From: an uncultured Candidatus Saccharibacteria bacterium
GTDB lineage: Bacteria > Patescibacteriota > Minisyncoccia > Phycocordibacterales > WO2-35-19
Assembly (NCBI GenBank): GCA_964630525.1
Contig: CAZVUY010000001.1
Coordinates: 114,901 to 178,900, forward strand
Direction of reading: 5' to 3'
DNA length: 64,000 nt
Below the pieces are notes generated by a model. It had not been told where the DNA came from. It saw nothing but the letters and a program-made list of their open reading frames with translations, and made no database searches. Position numbers and translations under genes: made by a program. Positions 55,281-64,000 of this stretch are shown in pieces. Position 1 is the stretch's first letter. Every line of letters begins with the position of its first letter.

Positions 55281-56640
55281 TTTGCAATTCTTCTCTGGCC
55301 ACACTGGCGTCATCCCACTCCTCTTTGCTTCCATTTGGCCCCATGATGTAAGGGTCAGTACCTTTGCCAGTGATGAGTACGGCTACGTTTTCGGATTGTT
55401 TATCGTAAGCGAGCTCCTTAGCTTTAGAGAGAGCGAGTCGGATAGCCTCTCTTCTGTCCATTATTATTTCCACTTTATTTTTTTCTGTTATACCGCCAAC
55501 CATCTCCTCAACTATTTTTTTCGGATCTTCATCGTAAGGGTCTTCGTTGGTCAGTATTATCTGATCGCAATATTGGTCAGCTACTTTGCCCATCTCTGGT
55601 CTTTTCCAAGTATCGCGGCCACCGCCAGTGTTGCCCAGTACACAAATCAATTTATGCTTGATTCCGGATTTTTCTTGAGACTTGTATGTTTCGTAAACTG
55701 CTTTTAGTGAGTCTGGAGTGTGGGCATAATCGACTATCACCTCAAAGTTTTGTCCGACCGCTATCTTTTCCATTCGACCTCGCACCAACTCTATTTTTTC
55801 GAGGGCGGTTTTTATTTTCTGATCTTGGATACCGGCAAATTTGGCGAAGGCGATGGCTCCTAGCATGTTGTAGATACTGAAAACGCCAGGCAAATGGCTA
55901 TGGATCACGATTTTGCCGACTTGGAACGAAGAACCATTGTTGTCTGTCTTTACATTGACCGCATCGCGCAAAGAATAGGGGATTTTGTTTTTAATATTGA
56001 GGGCCAAAAATTTCTGACCCTCTTTGTCATCGGTGTTGGCGATAATTACCGGTTCAAAATAATGGGAAGAAAAATTTTGAGAAGCGTGGGAACCATTTAA
56101 GGAGGAGCTTTCAAAATTTTTCTTCCCATTATTTTCTAGTTCTTTAGCAATAGACAGCTTGGCTTCAAGATACTTTTGATACGAACCATGAGATTCTACA
56201 TGTTCCGGTGCCAAGTTGGTGAAGATCAAAGCGTCGGGGTAGGTAAATTTGTGGCGGAACTGTTTCGCACCCTCACTCGTCATCTCAATGACGGCGTGGC
56301 TGCAACCTTTTTTGATAGCGTCAGAGAGGAATTTTTGGATGAAGAAACGGCCGGGCATGCTCATCTTGAACAAGTTTCTTTCTGACCGCCTACCAATTTT
56401 AAATCGCAAAGTATTCATGAGAGCCGTTTGAAAGCCGGCTTCTTCTAGAATGGCATTTACCAGTTCGGTCACGGTGCTTTTGCCTTTGGTGCCCGTCACT
56501 CCGACGACGATTATTTTTTTACCCGGAAAGCCGTAGAGAGTAGCGCCGAGCAAAGCCAGTAGATAATGATAAATCGGCTGACCGAGTCGAAAGATTTTTT
56601 TTGGTATTATTTTTTTTGCCAATTTAAGCAAACTATTCAT
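55261..56640 (-). CDS. murE: Mur ligase family protein, MurE-like
   Basis: It has the P-loop VGVTGTKGKSTV, the central domain and the C-terminal ILTNEDPYDEDP...ITGKGTDPYIMG pattern, like MurE DNPR...AGKGHE. Confidence 0.65.
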   Translation of the reverse strand: MNSLLKLAKKIIPKKIFRLGQPIYHYLLALLGATLYGFPGKKIIVVGVTGTKGKSTVTELVNAILEEAGFQTALMNTLRFKIGRRSERNLFKMSMPGRFFIQKFLSDAIKKGCSHAVIEMTSEGAKQFRHKFTYPDALIFTNLAPEHVESHGSYQKYLEAKLSIAKELENNGKKNFESSSLNGSHASQNFSSHYFEPVIIANTDDKEGQKFLALNIKNKIPYSLRDAVNVKTDNNGSSFQVGKIVIHSHLPGVFSIYNMLGAIAFAKFAGIQDQKIKTALEKIELVRGRMEKIAVGQNFEVIVDYAHTPDSLKAVYETYKSQEKSGIKHKLICVLGNTGGGRDTWKRPEMGKVADQYCDQIILTNEDPYDEDPKKIVEEMVGGITEKNKVEIIMDRREAIRLALSKAKELAYDKQSENVAVLITGKGTDPYIMGPNGSKEEWDDASVAREELQRLRAES

Positions 56641-56660
56641 ATATTTTGATCTTATTTGGA

Positions 56661-57224
56661 TTATTTACCCAGATTTTTGAGGGCGATTTTTATTTTCTCA
56701 TTGGTGCCAGTGACTTCTTTTGGCAAGTTGCGGATCACTTCTTGGATATCTTTTTCTCGATAGCCGAGCGACTTGAGGGCGTCAAAAACATCAATATCTT
56801 CTCTGTTGTCTCGATGTTCTGATCTGGTGACTAATTTGCCATTGAGCTCTATCACTATTCGTTCGGCTGTTTTTTTGCCGATGCCGGATATTTTGGTGAG
56901 AGCTGAAATGTCTCCGGAGCCGACCGCTTCTTCGATCGCTCTTACTCCGGCTACTCCCAAAATAGCCAAGCCCGACTTTGGACCAACCCCAGAAACAGAG
57001 ATGAGAAGTTCAAAAACCCTCAATTCTTCTTCGGTTTCAAAACCGTAAAGATCGATTGAATTTTCTCGGACAGCCGTATATGTCCAGAAACTTGCTTCCA
57101 GACCAGCCCTTAGTCGTTCACTATAGGAGGGGACGATGTGGATGGTAAAGCCGATCCCACCAGTCATGACGATGACCTTGGTCGGTTTGAGATCAAATAT
57201 TTTGCCGCTGATGTAGCCAAACAT
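56661..57224 (-). CDS. ruvA: Holliday junction DNA helicase RuvA
   Basis: It has an OB-fold N-terminus MFGYISGKI and the HhH motifs VSGVGPKSGLAIL and ISGIGKKTAERI. Confidence 0.9.
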   Translation of the reverse strand: MFGYISGKIFDLKPTKVIVMTGGIGFTIHIVPSYSERLRAGLEASFWTYTAVRENSIDLYGFETEEELRVFELLISVSGVGPKSGLAILGVAGVRAIEEAVGSGDISALTKISGIGKKTAERIVIELNGKLVTRSEHRDNREDIDVFDALKSLGYREKDIQEVIRNLPKEVTGTNEKIKIALKNLGK

Positions 57225-57373
57225 AAATTAAGTGGCCAGTAGCAAGTAGCTAGTAGCTGGATATAATATAGCAAACCTAAGGTTATTTTGCCGTTGCATT
57301 TTTTAAAGCTTTCTGTTACTGTATTTAAGCCAATTTCCTAGATACTGGATACTGGCTACTAAATACTAAAATT

Positions 57374-57631
57374 ATGCCAATCACAAGTTCAGCCAAAAAA
57401 GCCCTCCGTTCTTCCAAAAGGAAGAAGGTTTTCAATTTGAAAAGAAAGAACGAAATGCAGGGGGTGATCAAGGAATACAAAAAACTCCTCGCTGGGAAGA
57501 AAGGTGAGGAAGCCAAGAAGCTTCTCCCTAAGCTCCAGCAGGCGATCGACAAAGCTAGCAAAAAAGGGGTGATCAAAAAGAACACTGCTTCTCGCAAAAA
57601 GTCTCGTTTGATGAAAAAACTGGCTAAATAA
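57374..57631 (+). CDS. rpsT: 30S ribosomal protein S20
   Basis: It begins MPITSSAKKALRSSKRKKVFNLKRKNEM.... Confidence 0.9.
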   Translation: MPITSSAKKALRSSKRKKVFNLKRKNEMQGVIKEYKKLLAGKKGEEAKKLLPKLQQAIDKASKKGVIKKNTASRKKSRLMKKLAK

Positions 57632-57762
57632 AGTTGGTCGCTCCTCAATATTTACAGGAGTGACACCAAGGCAACTTTGTTGGTATAGAGCAGGCCTCCG
57701 TCTGCCTTTTTGAAATTCCAATAGCCGGTTTTTTGTCTAGATCCAAACTGGGGATAACCCTA

Positions 57763-57790
57763 TTGACTAAATAGAAATTTTGTGTATTAT
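57763..57790 (+). promoter_or_regulatory. Sigma70-like promoter TTGACT-16-TATTAT upstream of protease gene
   Basis: The sequence is ttgactaaatagaaattttgtgtattat. Confidence 0.4.
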
Positions 57791-57856
57791 TTGGGCTAGA
57801 GTCCCATTTGGTTGGGGCCGCACTTTGAATATTTTTTGAACCCACGGGAGGAGTTT

Positions 57857-59296
57857 ATGTCCAACTGCGCTCGCATGTTGTTTGTGTTGCTCTGCGCAAC
57901 CATCTCTGTCTTTGGTCAGGTCAGCCTGATTGAAGGCAAATGGGAGGACGTAAAACCCCTTCCAAAACCGGAAACAGTTCGCTCAGCTGAAGCCGATATG
58001 CCAAATGATCCTCTGGTTCCATACCAGAATGCCATGTTTCGGCAAATCGGTTTTATTGATCTTGTGCGCGAGTATGGTATCGGTGTGTTGCGGCAGGAAT
58101 TTGATGTTCCTGTCGTAATTGTTGATACTGGCGTCTTTTCTCTCAAAGACTTTGAGGGGAGGGTTGACCCGGCCAAGAGTCGGACTTTCGCTCAAGACGG
58201 CGGAGATCCTTCGCAAGACGATGGTCCCCATGGGACTGCAGTCTCCTCGATTGGGTTTGCCACCGCTAACAACGGGACCGGGCTTGCGGGGATCAATTCC
58301 TCGAGCACCATCATATCGGTAAAGGCGCTTGGCGCTTACACCAACTCGTTCGGGCAGAAGGTTTTACGGCGGGACGACATGAATGGACTTGTTGAGTCCC
58401 TTAAGCATGTACGTTCGCTATCAGAAGAGCACCCTCTTTTGGTGGTAAACACGTCTCTTGCGGTTGACGGCATACCGGCGGAACTGCAGGAGGTGTTGGA
58501 CGACTTGCAACAGGGGAACAAAGTTCTCATTGTTGCCGCTGCGGATAACTTCCCGGGCGACTTGGCGAAACTCAAAAAGTCGTTCTGTGTCGATGAGCCG
58601 CATGTTTTATGCGTGGCCTCCCTTTCGGGCGAGGAAGGGCAGACATTCCTGTCTCTCTTCTCGGCTCACGGGTTACCGATCAACTATATCGCTCGGTGTC
58701 ACGATATCGCGGCTCAGTACACTGAGGGCTTCTATGGACGCTTCACTGGCAACAGTGGTTGTGCTCCACAGGTCTCGGCTGCTGCTTCTTTGGTCGCTAG
58801 TTATATGGCGAGCAAAGGGCGCATCCTCAAGGCATCGGAACTCAAAAATCTGATGCTACGAGGGGGGGAATTTGACCCGGGTCTCATCTCTGGAACTCGG
58901 CCAATCCGATACCCAATCACTCTCAACATGCTGCGTCTCTTTCGAGAGGCCGACAGTGTGTTGAAAAATCCAGAGTCGAACCTTCGTTCGCTTTCGGTCC
59001 TGCTGCAGGCAAATTCTCTCAAAGGAGAAGACGGCAAACCTCTCCGAGAAATCGAGAAGGGGAGGATCTATAAAGTTGAAGGTGTGGGATTTGGTGAGAA
59101 CACAACCGTGTTTCTCAATCGGATTCCGCTGGGGACAGTAGTTTTGTCCCCAAACACTTTGGAGTTTCGGGTAGGGGACGAATCATCCCTTGCTTCCGGC
59201 GAGAAGGTGGTCTATGTCGCCAACAGAGGGAATGATGGCAACATCAATCCTCTCGAGGTCGTACCAATCCTTCTCGGGTTGATAAATATTCGCTAG
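57857..59296 (+). CDS. Subtilisin-like (S8) serine peptidase, secreted
   Basis: It has a signal peptide and an Asp VVIVDTGV, His HGTAVSS and Ser GNSGCAPQVSAAASLVAS triad pattern. It is GC-rich relative to the genome. The likely start is MSNCARM at 57857, after GGGAGGAG. Confidence 0.65.
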   Translation: MSNCARMLFVLLCATISVFGQVSLIEGKWEDVKPLPKPETVRSAEADMPNDPLVPYQNAMFRQIGFIDLVREYGIGVLRQEFDVPVVIVDTGVFSLKDFEGRVDPAKSRTFAQDGGDPSQDDGPHGTAVSSIGFATANNGTGLAGINSSSTIISVKALGAYTNSFGQKVLRRDDMNGLVESLKHVRSLSEEHPLLVVNTSLAVDGIPAELQEVLDDLQQGNKVLIVAAADNFPGDLAKLKKSFCVDEPHVLCVASLSGEEGQTFLSLFSAHGLPINYIARCHDIAAQYTEGFYGRFTGNSGCAPQVSAAASLVASYMASKGRILKASELKNLMLRGGEFDPGLISGTRPIRYPITLNMLRLFREADSVLKNPESNLRSLSVLLQANSLKGEDGKPLREIEKGRIYKVEGVGFGENTTVFLNRIPLGTVVLSPNTLEFRVGDESSLASGEKVVYVANRGNDGNINPLEVVPILLGLINIR

Positions 59297-59327
59297 TCCG
59301 CCAGCGTACGGGTTACAAAGGCGGTGA

Positions 59328-59382
59328 ACGGGTTTGGTGTTTGCGAGGATGAAGAGTCCACGCAAACACCGGCCCGTTTTTT
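59328..59382 (+). terminator. Rho-independent terminator
   Basis: ACGGGTTTGGTGTTTGCG...CGCAAACACCGGCCCG is followed by TTTTTT. Confidence 0.6.
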
Positions 59383-59397
59383 GCTGTACATTTTTGC

Positions 59398-59426
59398 TTG
59401 ACAGATTTAATGAGACATGTAATAAT
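59398..59426 (+). promoter_or_regulatory. Sigma70-like promoter TTGACA-17-AATAAT
   Basis: The sequence is ttgacagatttaatgagacatgtaataat. Confidence 0.5.
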
Positions 59427-59476
59427 AGAGGGCAGAAAAACGTCGGGCACTTCGTCCCGCAAGAAAGGAGGGCGTT

Positions 59477-60139
59477 ATGAACGCTCTTGTGATGATTTTT
59501 GTCATTTTCTTCGGGGCGCTGGCCCCGGGGCAAACCATTAGTGAGATGAAAATGCTGGAAGGCGGAGTGATGGCGTCGCAAGATGGTGTGCATCTCTACC
59601 TCTCCTCCCCGGCTGGGGTGGATGTTAAGATCGGTGACATCGAACTGAAGAGTGGGGATGGTCCTCATTGGGGAGAAAAACTTTCCAATGGGATCGAAAA
59701 ATTCCCATTGAAAAATTTTGGCTTGGTGGGGGCTGGAGAGATCGTGGTTGGGATTCGGCAGCCTTCCGGCGAATTTATCAACCAAAAGGTTGAGAATATC
59801 GCTGGCAAGGTTACGTTGCTTCCGGGCGACGTGACCCTGATTGAGGGGCAGCAGCTTCGGATCGCCACACTCATTTTCGGCGCCCCGTCGGAGGTTCGCC
59901 TTATAGCCGGCTTCAAGCAATTGAAGCTTGGCATCGAAAAGAGGAAATCAACTCTTTCATCTGGCGCAGTGGCTACCGAATATCTGGAAGGATTCGAGTT
60001 GCCAGCGGGTGACTGGAAGGTTACCTTCTCTGCCCGAAACGCAAAAGGATTTTTCTCGGACACTATCCGTGTCAGGGTACTCAAAACTCTACAGATGGTC
60101 GCGTGCTCGACACGCGACTGCGACAACATCCTCAAGTGA
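59477..60139 (+). CDS. Hypothetical secreted protein (GC-rich island cargo)
   Basis: It has the signal peptide MNALVMIFVIFFGALAPG. A terminator hairpin plus TTTTCTTTT follows at about 60150-60200. Confidence 0.45.
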   Translation: MNALVMIFVIFFGALAPGQTISEMKMLEGGVMASQDGVHLYLSSPAGVDVKIGDIELKSGDGPHWGEKLSNGIEKFPLKNFGLVGAGEIVVGIRQPSGEFINQKVENIAGKVTLLPGDVTLIEGQQLRIATLIFGAPSEVRLIAGFKQLKLGIEKRKSTLSSGAVATEYLEGFELPAGDWKVTFSARNAKGFFSDTIRVRVLKTLQMVACSTRDCDNILK

Positions 60140-60302
60140 TCCGCGCGGGATGCGACGAGATCACACAACATACTGCCTTGGCGCATGACACGCCTGGGCA
60201 GTTTTCTTTTGGTAAAAATCTGTGGATAAAAAAGCTAGACAGAGGGGATGCGTGATATACTTATATTTGAATAAATATTTATTTTAGACTCCAAGCAAAT
60301 CC

Positions 60303-60758
60303 ATGAATAAACTCCAAATTTTTTTGATTGTGATCGTGGTCGCCATCCTAGCCTTTTTGGGTTTTAGGTATTATCAAGAACAAAAAGAAATATTGCCCCC
60401 GGTCGAAGAACCGAAAGTGGTGGTTGATAATGTGCCAACCGAAGAGTTGCCCCAGCGTTTCCCGGCCAATTTTCCTATAGAGAAAAACGTACCAGTGAAC
60501 GCTAACTATACCGCTCAGGCAGAGGGTGCTTTCCAGTCGACTCGGCAGTTTATCAGCACGAAAAGTGTGGCTGAAAATTTTAAAATTTATAATGATTTTC
60601 TAAAGAAAGATGGCTGGACCATACAAGCGGTGTTGGATCAGGAAAATATAAAGTCGATCTTTGCTCAAAAGAGCGAGAGATATTCGGTCACTGTTACTAT
60701 AAACAAGAGCGATTCGACCAGCGAAGTAACAGTCGACATCTCTTTTACTTATAGATAG
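60303..60758 (+). CDS. Hypothetical membrane-anchored protein
   Basis: It has the N-terminal TM segment IFLIVIVVAILAFLGF. Confidence 0.45.
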   Translation: MNKLQIFLIVIVVAILAFLGFRYYQEQKEILPPVEEPKVVVDNVPTEELPQRFPANFPIEKNVPVNANYTAQAEGAFQSTRQFISTKSVAENFKIYNDFLKKDGWTIQAVLDQENIKSIFAQKSERYSVTVTINKSDSTSEVTVDISFTYR

Positions 60759-60775
60759 AAAAATAAATTAAAATC

Positions 60776-63700
60776 ATGAAAAAATTGTTTTTTAATAAAG
60801 ACGTATCAAAAGTATTTTTTGTGGCGACTGTATTTCTGGGTTTGTTTTCTGTAACAACTAGTGTTTTTGCTGCAACACAAATAAATTTTGTTGGTATAAA
60901 TCAGGGGGCAAGTAATTGTACCGGTGGATCAGGGGGTGCCTGCCAGTCTTTGTTAACTAACAATACTACCGTAGGAATTACGTCTGACAGTAACCCGACC
61001 CAAAATAGTAACACCGCCATTATTGGTAGTGAGGGTTTAACAAATTGGCAGCCGTCAGGCGCCTTTCAGCTTCGAGGGATCAATTTTGGAGCCACTGGCA
61101 GTACTGTGCCTGGGAACGGGGTAATTCGAAATTTAGGTGGAGACCCCAGCGAATACGAGGCTCAGTATGCTTGTAGTGTTGGTGGCGGCAATACTGTGTA
61201 CCGCAACGAACCGGTTTCTTCAAACGGCACTTGGACAGCTTCCTTACCGGATGGTGCGACCTGTACTCTTCAGATTAGTCATACGGGGTTTGAACCAGAT
61301 CCGGTAAACCCAACCGCCTGTGATGGTACACCAAGTAATCCTTGTCGAATCAGTATATGTGAGACAGGACAATGTAAGGCAGTAACTAATTATCCCGATG
61401 GTACACCGGTTCAACCCGGTGCTCGAAGTCAATGCGGTCTGGAGGCAGGTACCGGAGCAGAAACAAGTTGCCTAACCCAATTTACCGTTTCTGTTTCGCC
61501 GGTCAATACGACCATCAATAAGGGCGGTGCAGCAGTTTATGCGGTGACTTTCAATTTCAATAACAACAAGCCTTATCGTTACGCGAACATAAACGTGAGT
61601 GCTCCCGGTCTTGCCAATAACAATTTTTCTTGGTCGGGCGTAGGGTATACCAACCAAACCTTAGGTTACCCTTCCTCAAATCCAAGTTTGGGTATTTTGG
61701 ATATGTATAACCCCAGCACCATGGCAATGGACCAAAGCAGAACCCTTTTCCTTACCGTCAGTAACGCCCCCGTGGGGAGTTATACATTAAATATCCGTGC
61801 TTCTACCGGAGATCCTGTGGGCGCTTTGAACGCGAACTCCCAGTTTGAATTTACCAACTGTTTCGGTGGTTGCAACCCGACAGCAGATGCGACCTTGACT
61901 GTTCAAGAAACGTCCTGTGCTTCTCTTATAACCACCAATCCAACCCCTGGACCTAATCAGTGTGGCAACACTTCTTCTACTGGCTATACGCTAGGTTGGA
62001 CCAGAGCGAACGGGACTTACCCTACTCAATATGTCAGAGTCTCCACTTCCTATGAGGGAGTAGCGAGTGGCTTGTGCGCAGTACCTGGTTCGCCGAGCTA
62101 TGATCCGGTCAATTGCCGCAACGATGTTTCAAATAGTGCCTCCACTTTTCCGGCTACCGGTTTGCAACCTGGTACGGTCTATTACAACAGGGTAGCTGCT
62201 GTCTGTACAGAAAACGGAATGGTGAAGTATAAAGATACACCGGTATGGACCTGTACTACCGGTTCGGGCGGGTCTTCCTGTGTTGATAATCCGACAATAA
62301 CTAGCATAAATGGGCAGTCTGTCCCAGTGAGCTCGGTTACTCTATCTGCAGCTACTGGCGATATTACCTTTAACTGGGCGTCTGTGGCTGGCGCTTCCGG
62401 TTATCGAGTGGAATTGTATCGAGCCGACAGCGGCTTAGTATTTCTTGAATCAAAGAATGTGTCTGGAACATCGGCGACTTTTTCAGTAACACCCGCCGCT
62501 GCGGGTACTAGATATGCTGTCGCCATCTATAGCAGTGTCACAGCTCCAGCCACCGCCTGTGTCGGTGTCAACTATTTCAATGTTATAGTTTTCCCGCCAG
62601 CCACATCTTGTCCGAGCACCCAAGGTACGGTGGTGCTTAGTAAATACACTTCATATGTGGGTGATACTAGCCCGATCAAAGCTTATTCTCCTCCTGGTTA
62701 TTCTTGCGGTGGTTTTAATAGTAGCGATAATGGAATAGTAAGTGCTCAGCCGGCTACTGGTAACCCGTCTAGCAGCGACCTTGTTTTGATGGGTGGTAAT
62801 GGTACAGCCACTATTAGCGCCAGCTCTAATTCATGTGTTTATCAGGGAGGACCAACTTGTCCGGTCAATTCTACTCAGCTTGTGGTAAATGCTGCACCGC
62901 CGCCTGCTGGTTATGATTTTACTATCACCCCTTCAGTTAGCCTTGAAGCCAAGTTGGTCAATGGATTACCAGTGATTAATCCGAGCGTGAAAGATTTTAA
63001 CATTACCAATACTGGTTCAAACTGGATGGCGGTCTGGCCAGTCTATGCTCAGACTCCAGCCAATGATAACCCCATCTTTAGTTTTGACAGGTACATATGG
63101 CGTACGGGTACTGGCCATGGCTTGAACCCCCTTCAACAATCATCGGTTACCGGGACAACTGTTTCCCCAGACGGCATATCTTTTGAGGATAGTGAATATG
63201 TGAGGAGGGTGGGGAATTATACAGAAACAATAGCTTTTGCCGGATACGACAGTACCGGTAATCCAGCTAACAAGCTTACAGCTGATAAATTCATTACAGT
63301 CAATCTTGCTGTTACGGTGGCCAACTCTTCTTATACCGTCAGTCCAGCTAATCTTACTTTTCCAGCTTCGGGATTAATGACAAGAGGAGGTACGTTACCT
63401 ACCGGTCAACCAATAACAGTTTATAACAATGGCGATGTTGATCTGAATATCAATGTTTCAGAATCTATTCCTTGGGCCACTTTGTCTGTGCCTGGAGGAG
63501 GATCAAGTTTTACTTTAAATCAGGGTGAGACCAAAGTAGTTACAGTGAATGTTACAGACAATAATCCTAGTCCGGATACTGAAACATCATACACCGGCGC
63601 TATAAACTTCACCGAAAGTTCTGCAGGGAACAAAACAGTGGGGGTAACTTACAATTTTGCTAGCGGGGGAGGTTCGTGTACTCCGGTTGATGGAGGTCCT

Positions 63701-64000
63701 TCAGGTTGGAGCGAATGTTCTTCTGGGTATAGAACACGGACATGTACTAACCCCGCACCATCTTGTGGTGGTGCGCTTTGCACAGAATCTTTAAGAGAGG
63801 CTTGCACCAATAATCCTGGTGAGGTAACGATAGAAAGGAGTGGGTGCGGTACGGTAACCAACACAAGCAACACTGGCAGTCCGGCAAACCTAAATTGCGG
63901 TCCGACCGGATCGGTCTGTCAGGCATCATTCCCACAAGATACAACAGTTCAGCTGACAGCCACACCATCTAGCCGCTGTGTCTTTATCGAATGGCAGGGC
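60776..64000 (+). CDS. Giant Cys-rich secreted surface protein (partial, continues beyond window end)
   Basis: It begins ATG at 60776 with the signal peptide VFFVATVFLGLFSVTTSVFA. I translated a stop-free frame by eye to the window end (1075 codons). The track lists only minus-strand ORFs here, which is consistent. The sequence is Thr/Ser/Gly/Asn-rich with many paired Cys, suggesting Ig-like or fibronectin-like repeats. Confidence 0.6.
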   Translation, partial: MKKLFFNKDVSKVFFVATVFLGLFSVTTSVFAATQINFVGINQGASNCTGGSGGACQSLLTNNTTVGITSDSNPTQNSNTAIIGSEGLTNWQPSGAFQLRGINFGATGSTVPGNGVIRNLGGDPSEYEAQYACSVGGGNTVYRNEPVSSNGTWTASLPDGATCTLQISHTGFEPDPVNPTACDGTPSNPCRISICETGQCKAVTNYPDGTPVQPGARSQCGLEAGTGAETSCLTQFTVSVSPVNTTINKGGAAVYAVTFNFNNNKPYRYANINVSAPGLANNNFSWSGVGYTNQTLGYPSSNPSLGILDMYNPSTMAMDQSRTLFLTVSNAPVGSYTLNIRASTGDPVGALNANSQFEFTNCFGGCNPTADATLTVQETSCASLITTNPTPGPNQCGNTSSTGYTLGWTRANGTYPTQYVRVSTSYEGVASGLCAVPGSPSYDPVNCRNDVSNSASTFPATGLQPGTVYYNRVAAVCTENGMVKYKDTPVWTCTTGSGGSSCVDNPTITSINGQSVPVSSVTLSAATGDITFNWASVAGASGYRVELYRADSGLVFLESKNVSGTSATFSVTPAAAGTRYAVAIYSSVTAPATACVGVNYFNVIVFPPATSCPSTQGTVVLSKYTSYVGDTSPIKAYSPPGYSCGGFNSSDNGIVSAQPATGNPSSSDLVLMGGNGTATISASSNSCVYQGGPTCPVNSTQLVVNAAPPPAGYDFTITPSVSLEAKLVNGLPVINPSVKDFNITNTGSNWMAVWPVYAQTPANDNPIFSFDRYIWRTGTGHGLNPLQQSSVTGTTVSPDGISFEDSEYVRRVGNYTETIAFAGYDSTGNPANKLTADKFITVNLAVTVANSSYTVSPANLTFPASGLMTRGGTLPTGQPITVYNNGDVDLNINVSESIPWATLSVPGGGSSFTLNQGETKVVTVNVTDNNPSPDTETSYTGAINFTESSAGNKTVGVTYNFASGGGSCTPVDGGPSGWSECSSGYRTRTCTNPAPSCGGALCTESLREACTNNPGEVTIERSGCGTVTNTSNTGSPANLNCGPTGSVCQASFPQDTTVQLTATPSSRCVFIEWQG

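Overview
This window reads as a small, AT-rich bacterial chromosome segment of about 40% GC by eye. Its gene content and style resemble a Patescibacteria/CPR-type genome; that attribution is inference only.

Housekeeping content: the window contains the replication-origin neighbourhood, with rpmH-rnpA-yidC divergent from dnaA-dnaN and DnaA-box-like 9-mers in both flanking spacers. Other housekeeping genes are comM, ftsH, smpB with a tmRNA gene directly downstream, hup, the infC-rpmI-rplT operon, pcrA, rsmA, polA, tsaE, tyrS, PBP1A, ruvC-yebC, ruvB, ruvA, mutM, a murE-like ligase and rpsT. There is a type IV pilin and a PilB ATPase. Three tRNAs are present: a putative Ile-UAU, Arg-CCU and Lys-UUU.

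Accessory content worth a second look:
1. A ~13.7 kb co-directional cluster (16834-30538) of membrane and secreted proteins around a VirB4-like ATPase, with VirB6/TrbL-like, VirB3-like and TrbC/VirB2-like candidates and no relaxase or coupling protein visible. The virB4 gene is split into two ORFs by a short palindromic element. A four-helix-bundle ('23S rRNA IVS protein' family) gene sits between half-elements of the same family.
2. A family of AGCT-rich palindromic miniature elements that fills intergenic spacers exactly and also sits in-frame inside the rsmA and SpoU methyltransferase CDSs.
3. Two further repeat families. One is a ~70 bp element with terminal inverted repeats, inserted immediately upstream of start codons. 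The other is GC-rich REP-like hairpins, including an inverted pair flanking a DUF559 gene.
4. A GC-richer island next to tRNA-Lys carrying a large serine recombinase. The recombinase and an adjacent membrane-protein gene are each flanked by ~92-100 bp perfect inverted repeats, and junction sequences look like footprints of a multi-site inversion system.
5. A second GC-rich island carrying a subtilisin-like protease.
6. A >1000 aa Cys-rich surface protein that runs off the window end.
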